A stretch of 64,000 nt of DNA. Origin: an uncultured Acidobacteriota bacterium. Lineage in GTDB: Bacteria > Acidobacteriota > Thermoanaerobaculia > Gp7-AA8. The position numbers and the translations under genes were made by a program. The notes beneath the pieces were generated by a model. That model made no database searches and was not told where the DNA came from. It saw only the letters and a list, made by a program, of their open reading frames with translations. Numbering within the stretch: position 1 is the stretch's first letter; every line of letters starts with the position of its first letter. The stretch spans positions 1,820,349-1,884,348 of the forward strand of contig CAWGHO010000003.1 of NCBI GenBank assembly GCA_963822445.1. Reading direction: 5' to 3'. This document shows positions 59,497-64,000 of the stretch, piece after piece.

Positions 59497-60847
59497 ATGA
59501 CCGAACCCCGCCTCGAGCTCACCCCCGACGGCCGCCTTCTGGTCCGGGCGCCCGCCCCGGCGAAGGAGCGCTGGAGCTGGGCCCTCTACGACTTCGCCAA
59601 CACGATCTTCTCGATGAACGTCGTGACCCTGTATTTTGCGGTCTGGCTCGTGACGGAGCGCGGGGCGACCAACACGGCATACTCGGTGGCGACCAGCCTC
59701 TCCTCCGTGGCGGTGCTCCTTCTCGCCCCCTGGATCGGCGCCGTCTCGGACGCATCGCGGCGGCGTAAACCGTGGGTCGTGGGCTTCACGCTGGTCTGCG
59801 CCGGCGCGACCCTCGCCCTCGCGTCCCTCGCCCGCGCCGAGGCTCTCGGCATCTCGGACTTCTCCTTCTGCTCGGGGCGTTCGCCGTCGCGAACACGGCG
59901 TACCAGCTCGCGCTGCCGCCGTACAACGCGATGCTCGCGGAGCTCGTCCCGGAGAAGGACCGGGGGAAACTCTCGGGTCTCGGAACCGCGCTCGGCTACG
60001 CGGGCTCGATCACCGGAGTTCTCCTCGTCGCCCCGTTCGTGACGGGAGGCCTCGGGATCCCGGCCGGCGGCCGGCAGGCCGCGTTCATGCCGACGGCGCT
60101 TCTCTTCGTCCTTTTCTCCCTGCCCTTCTTTCTGTTCTGCCGAGATCCGCTCGCGCTTCCGCGCTCGCAGAGGCCGCCCGTGCGCTGGGGCGCGATCGTC
60201 GGCGAGCTCGTCTCGGCGTTCCGGGAAGCGCGGCGCCACCGCGGGCTGACGCGGTTCGTCGTGGCGAGCTATTTCTACCAGGACGCTCTCGGCACCGCGA
60301 TCTCGTTCATGGCGCTCTACGCCGTCTCCGTTCTGGGCCTTCCCCCCGGCGGCGAGATCCGCCTGTTCGTGACGCTCACGGTGCCGGCCATCGTCGGAGC
60401 CTACGCCGCCGGACGCGCGTGCGACCGGTGGGGCCGAGGCGGACGCTGCAGGTGGTGCTCGGAGGCTGGATCGCGGGCCTCGCCGCGATCGCGCTCGCGC
60501 CGACGCTCGCCGGATTCTGGGCCGGCGGTTTCATCGTCGGCCTCTCATTCGGGGGGATCTGGGCCGCCGAGCGGCCGCTGCTTCTGACGCTCGTTCCGGC
60601 CGCCGAGGCCGGCCGCTTCTTCGGCCTGCTCTCGCTCTCGGCGCGCGCCGCGGCGATCGTGGGGCCGCTCATCTGGGCCGCAATCGTGGACGGCCTGTCC
60701 GCGCCGCTCGGAAGGAACACCGCCTATCGGCTCGCCGTCGCTTCGCTCGCCGGGCTGATGGCCGTCGCGTCCTGGCTCCTCCGGGGCGTGCCCGACGCGG
60801 TTGCCGCGGGGGACCCCGAGTCCCATAGAATCCGGTCCCGAACATGA
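59497..60847 (+). CDS. MFS transporter (UMF1/ATG22-like); frameshifted
   Basis: WSWALYDFANTIF, GAVSD..RRRK, YNAML, SGLGTALGYAG, EAGRFFGL. Confidence 0.85.
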
Positions 60848-61855
60848 CTCCACCGCGTGCGCGCGTTTCCCTCGTCGGCCTCGGTCCGATCGGAATCGAG
60901 GTCGGCAAGGCTCTGGCCGGACGGGAAGGCATCGAGCTCGCCGGCGCGGCGGATCCGGCCCCCGACAAGGCCGGCCGGCCGCTGGCGCCGCTGCTCGACG
61001 GCGCCTTCCCCGGCGTCTCGATGATGCCCTCGGCGGCGGCGCTCTACGGGCTGACCGCGGGCTCGCGCAGCCGCTCGGACGTGGCCGTCCTCTGCACCGG
61101 CTCGCGCCTGCATGCGATGCTGCCGCAGATCGAAGAGGCCGTCGGAGCGGGCCTCCACATCGTGTCGACCTGCGAAGAACTCGCCTACCCGGAGCTTCAC
61201 CACGCTCCCATGGCGCGGCAGATCGACCGGATGGCGAAGGCGAAGGGCGTCGCCGTCCTCGGCACCGGCGTCAATCCGGGCCTGCGTCATGGACCGGCTC
61301 GTGCTCGCCGTCGCCGCCGCCTGCGTGCGCGTCGACTCGGTGCGCGTCACGCGCGTCGTGGACGCCGCCAAGCGGCGCGGGCCGCTGCGCGCGAAGGTCG
61401 GCGCCGGACTGACGCGCGAAGAGTTCACTGCAGGCGTCTCCGCGAAGAAGCTCGGCCACGTCGGCCTCTCCGAGTCCGCCGCGATCATCGCGCTGGGGCT
61501 CGGCCTGCCCATCCACGAGATCACCGAAACGATCAAGCCCGTCATTGCGCAGAAGGACTTCGACGGAATTCCGGCCGGAGGAATCCTGGGGCTGCACCAG
61601 GTGGCTCTGGTCCAGGCGGGCGACGAAGCCAAGGTCGTGCTCGATCTCAAGATGGCGGTCGGCGCGCCCGATCCCGCCGACCGGATCGACATCGAGGGCG
61701 ATCCGCCCCTGCACCTCGTGGCCGCCGGAGGCTTCCACGGCGACCGCTCGACGATCGGGACCGTCGTCAACGCGATCCCCTTCATCGTCACGGCGACGCC
61801 GGGGCTTCACAACGTCGTCACGCTGCCGCTCTTCGGTCTCCGGCCCCTCCTCTAG
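60844..61855 (+). CDS. 2,4-diaminopentanoate dehydrogenase / DapB-like NAD(P)-dependent amine dehydrogenase; frameshift at ~61285
   Basis: VGLGPIG, STCEELAYP, LGTGVNPG, MD, RRGPL..KVGAG, GHVGL.ES, GGFHGD. Confidence 0.85.
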
Positions 61856-61906
61856 TTTTCTCTCCGGGGCGCGGCGCTTCGAGCCCGGAACCGATACCCT
61901 CGCCCG

Positions 61907-62392
61907 GTGTACTCCCTGGACCAGACCCAGCGGATCGCGGCGCCGCTTCCGGAGGTCTTCGCGTTCTTCTCGAACCCGGCGAACCTCGCCCGGCTGACGC
62001 CTCCCGGGCTCGCGTTCCGCATTCACGGAACGGCGCCGACCCGCTCGCCGAGGGAAGCCGGCTCGAGTATCGAATCCGGTGGTCTATTCACCGGCTCCCT
62101 TGGGTCACGCGGATCACGCAGTGGCCCGGCGCTCGGAGTTCGAGGACGTCCAGGAGCGGGGCCCTACGCACGTGGATCCACACGCACACCTTCGAAGAGG
62201 ACGGAACGGCGTGGTCGTGCGCGACCGCGTCGAGTACGCGCTTCCGTTCGGCCCGCTGGGCCGGCTCGTCGCACCGCTTTCTCGTCCGCCGCCAGCTCGA
62301 AGACGATCTTCGAGTTCCGCCGCCGAGCGATCGACGAGATCTTCCCTCCGAGCTCGACCCTCGACCCTCGACCCTCGACTTTTTCCCCATGA
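61907..62392 (+). CDS. SRPBCC family protein; frameshifted (boundaries approximate)
   Basis: EVFAFFSNPANLARLTPP, W.HTHTF, DRVEYALPFGPLG, IFEFRRRAI. Confidence 0.75.
   Translation: MYSLDQTQRIAAPLPEVFAFFSNPANLARLTPPGLAFRIHGTAPTRSPREAGSSIESGGLFTGSLGSRGSRSGPALGVRGRPGAGPYARGSTRTPSKRTERRGRARPRRVRASVRPAGPARRTAFSSAASSKTIFEFRRRAIDEIFPPSSTLDPRPSTFSP
62353..62380 (+). repeat. Heptamer tandem repeat (CTCGACC)x4
   Basis: CTCGACC CTCGACC CTCGACC CTCGACT. Confidence 0.8.
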
Positions 62393-63855
62393 CGACTCTC
62401 ATCCACTGGTTCCGCCGCGACCTGCGCGTCCGAAGACAACACGTCCCTCTCCGCGCCGCCCGGGACGCCGATCGCGTCGTGCCGCTGTTCGTCCTCGACG
62501 ACCACTACGCGAACGATCCGAACGTCGGGCCCCGCGCGCTTCCGCTTCCTCCGCGAAAGCCTCGAAGGTCTCGGCCGCTGGACGCTCGCCGCCCTCGGCT
62601 CCCGCCTCGTGCTCCGGCCCGGGCCCGGCCTCCCGCGCCCTGCCCGCTCTCGTCGCCGAAACCGGCGCCTCCGCGGTCTATGCGAACGCCGAGATCGGTC
62701 CCTACCGGAGCGCGCGACCGGGAAGCCGGCGACGCGCTCGCGGCGATCGGGGGCGAGGCTGCGTCCTCTTCCCCGACGCGCTGCTCGTCGAGCCCGACGC
62801 CCTCACCACCGCGGCCGGGGACGCCGTACACGGTCTACTCGCTGTTCTCGCGCAAGTGGCTGGCGGCGGAAAAGCGCGGATCCCCGCCGCGCGCCCGCCG
62901 CGTCGGAGGCTCTCGGCGGCTTCCGGGTTCGGCCGTCCATGGAACGCGTGCAGGCCGGCGTTCCCTTCCGACCGGAGTCTGAATTCGGCCCCAGGGCGGG
63001 GAAACCGAGGCCCTCGCGACGTGCCGTTCTCGGGGTTCGTCTCCGGCGCCGCTCGAGGCGCTACGCCGGCGACCGCGACTTCCCGGCCCGCGCGGCGACC
63101 TCGCGGCTCTCGCCTCACCTCCACTTCGGAACGATATCGCCCGCGGACGATCCTGGCGGCGGCGGAGCGGTCTGACCGGCCCGAGCGTGCGCGCGGCGTC
63201 GAAGAAGATTCGTCCTCGAGCTCGCGTGGCGCGAGTTCTTTCACCACCTCCTCTTCCACTTCCCGGCGTGTCGCCACCGAAAGCTTCCGCCGCGAGTTCC
63301 GCGACTTTCCCTGGAGCAGCGACGAAAGCACGTTCTCCGCGTGGCGCGCCGGCGCGCACCGGTTTTCCCTCGTCGACGCGCGGCGATGAGCGCAGCTCGC
63401 CCGGACGCACTGGATGCACAACCGCGCGCGGATGGCGGCGGCCTCCTTTCTCACGAAGGATCTCCACGTGCGACTGGAAGCGGGCGAGGAGTGGTTCGAG
63501 CACGAGCTCGCGGACGCGGATCTCGCCAACAACAACGGCGGGTGGCAGTGGGTCGGCCGGCTACCGGCGCGGACGCGGCGCCCTATTTCCGGACTTCTAA
63601 CCCCGTCCTCCAGTCGAAGAAGCTTCGACCCCGACGGCGCCTACATCCGCCGCTTCGTCCCGGAGCTCGCGCGAGTCCCGCGGCAGAAGATCCACGAGCC
63701 CTGGACGATGACCGACTACCGAGCAGCGGGCTTCGGGCTGTCGGATCGGCCCTGGCGGGGACTATCCCGCGCCGATCGTGGACCACGCGGTCGAGCGGCG
63801 CGCCGCGCTGGCGATGTTCGAAGAGAGCCGAACCCGAAGGGCCCGGGAGAACTAG
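62389..63855 (+). CDS. phrB: Deoxyribodipyrimidine photolyase; many frameshifts
   Basis: IHWFRRDLR, PYTVY, TSRLSPHLHFGTIS, WMHNRARM..ASFL.KDL, DAD.ANNNGGWQW, PIVDH. Confidence 0.88.
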
Positions 63856-63868
63856 AATCCGTTCCCCC

Positions 63869-64000
63869 ATGGCGCCCTTTCCTGGTCTGCTGGAGCCGCG
63901 GCCCGAGGGTCTTTACGCTCCGGCGTTCGAGGCCTGGATCGATCCTGCGGTCCCCGTCCCCCCCCGGGCGTTGCTCTCGCACGCGCACGCCGATCACGCC
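63869..64000 (+). CDS. MBL-fold metallo-hydrolase (ligase-associated exonuclease-like), 5' end
   Basis: EGLY...WIDP ... LSHAHADHA (HxHxDH); runs off the window. Confidence 0.7.
   Translation, partial: MAPFPGLLEPRPEGLYAPAFEAWIDPAVPVPPRALLSHAHADHA

Noticed and set aside
60844-62982. 712-aa dehydrogenase-SRPBCC-photolyase fusion ORF
   Set aside because: Product of frameshifts in a low-quality region; most of it is out-of-frame Arg/Pro-rich sequence.

Overview
GC-rich bacterial chromosomal DNA. The gene families and lineage-typical secreted domains suggest Acidobacteriota, probably class Thermoanaerobaculia; this is inference, as no rRNA is present. Bases 1 to ~53,600 are mostly clean housekeeping and cell-envelope genes: ftsH (3' end), radA, ansA, folK, lemA/TPM operon, ctpA, tatAC, metK, PPIase, ABC1 kinase and copA. 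Interspersed are many secreted hydrolases (two S8, one S1 lysyl-endopeptidase-like, TAP-like, M23, L,D-transpeptidase), a 2,399-aa glycoside hydrolase/adhesin and two divergent GT-C glycosyltransferases. I found no tRNA, rRNA, CRISPR array, transposase or prophage. The most notable unexplained structure is small repetitive DNA. (i) A GGAG-type REP-like palindrome family has entered coding sequence: an exact 69-bp in-frame doublet sits inside a glycosyltransferase, and another copy supplies the last codons and stop of folK. (ii) Long hairpins are built from inverted 7/8-mer tandem repeats that abut stop codons and -10 elements. From ~53,600 onward most genes are frameshifted. At ~54,803 two unrelated genes are cut and joined tail-to-tail at a GATC, so the last ~9 kb is probably low-quality and/or chimeric, and gene order across that point should not be trusted.
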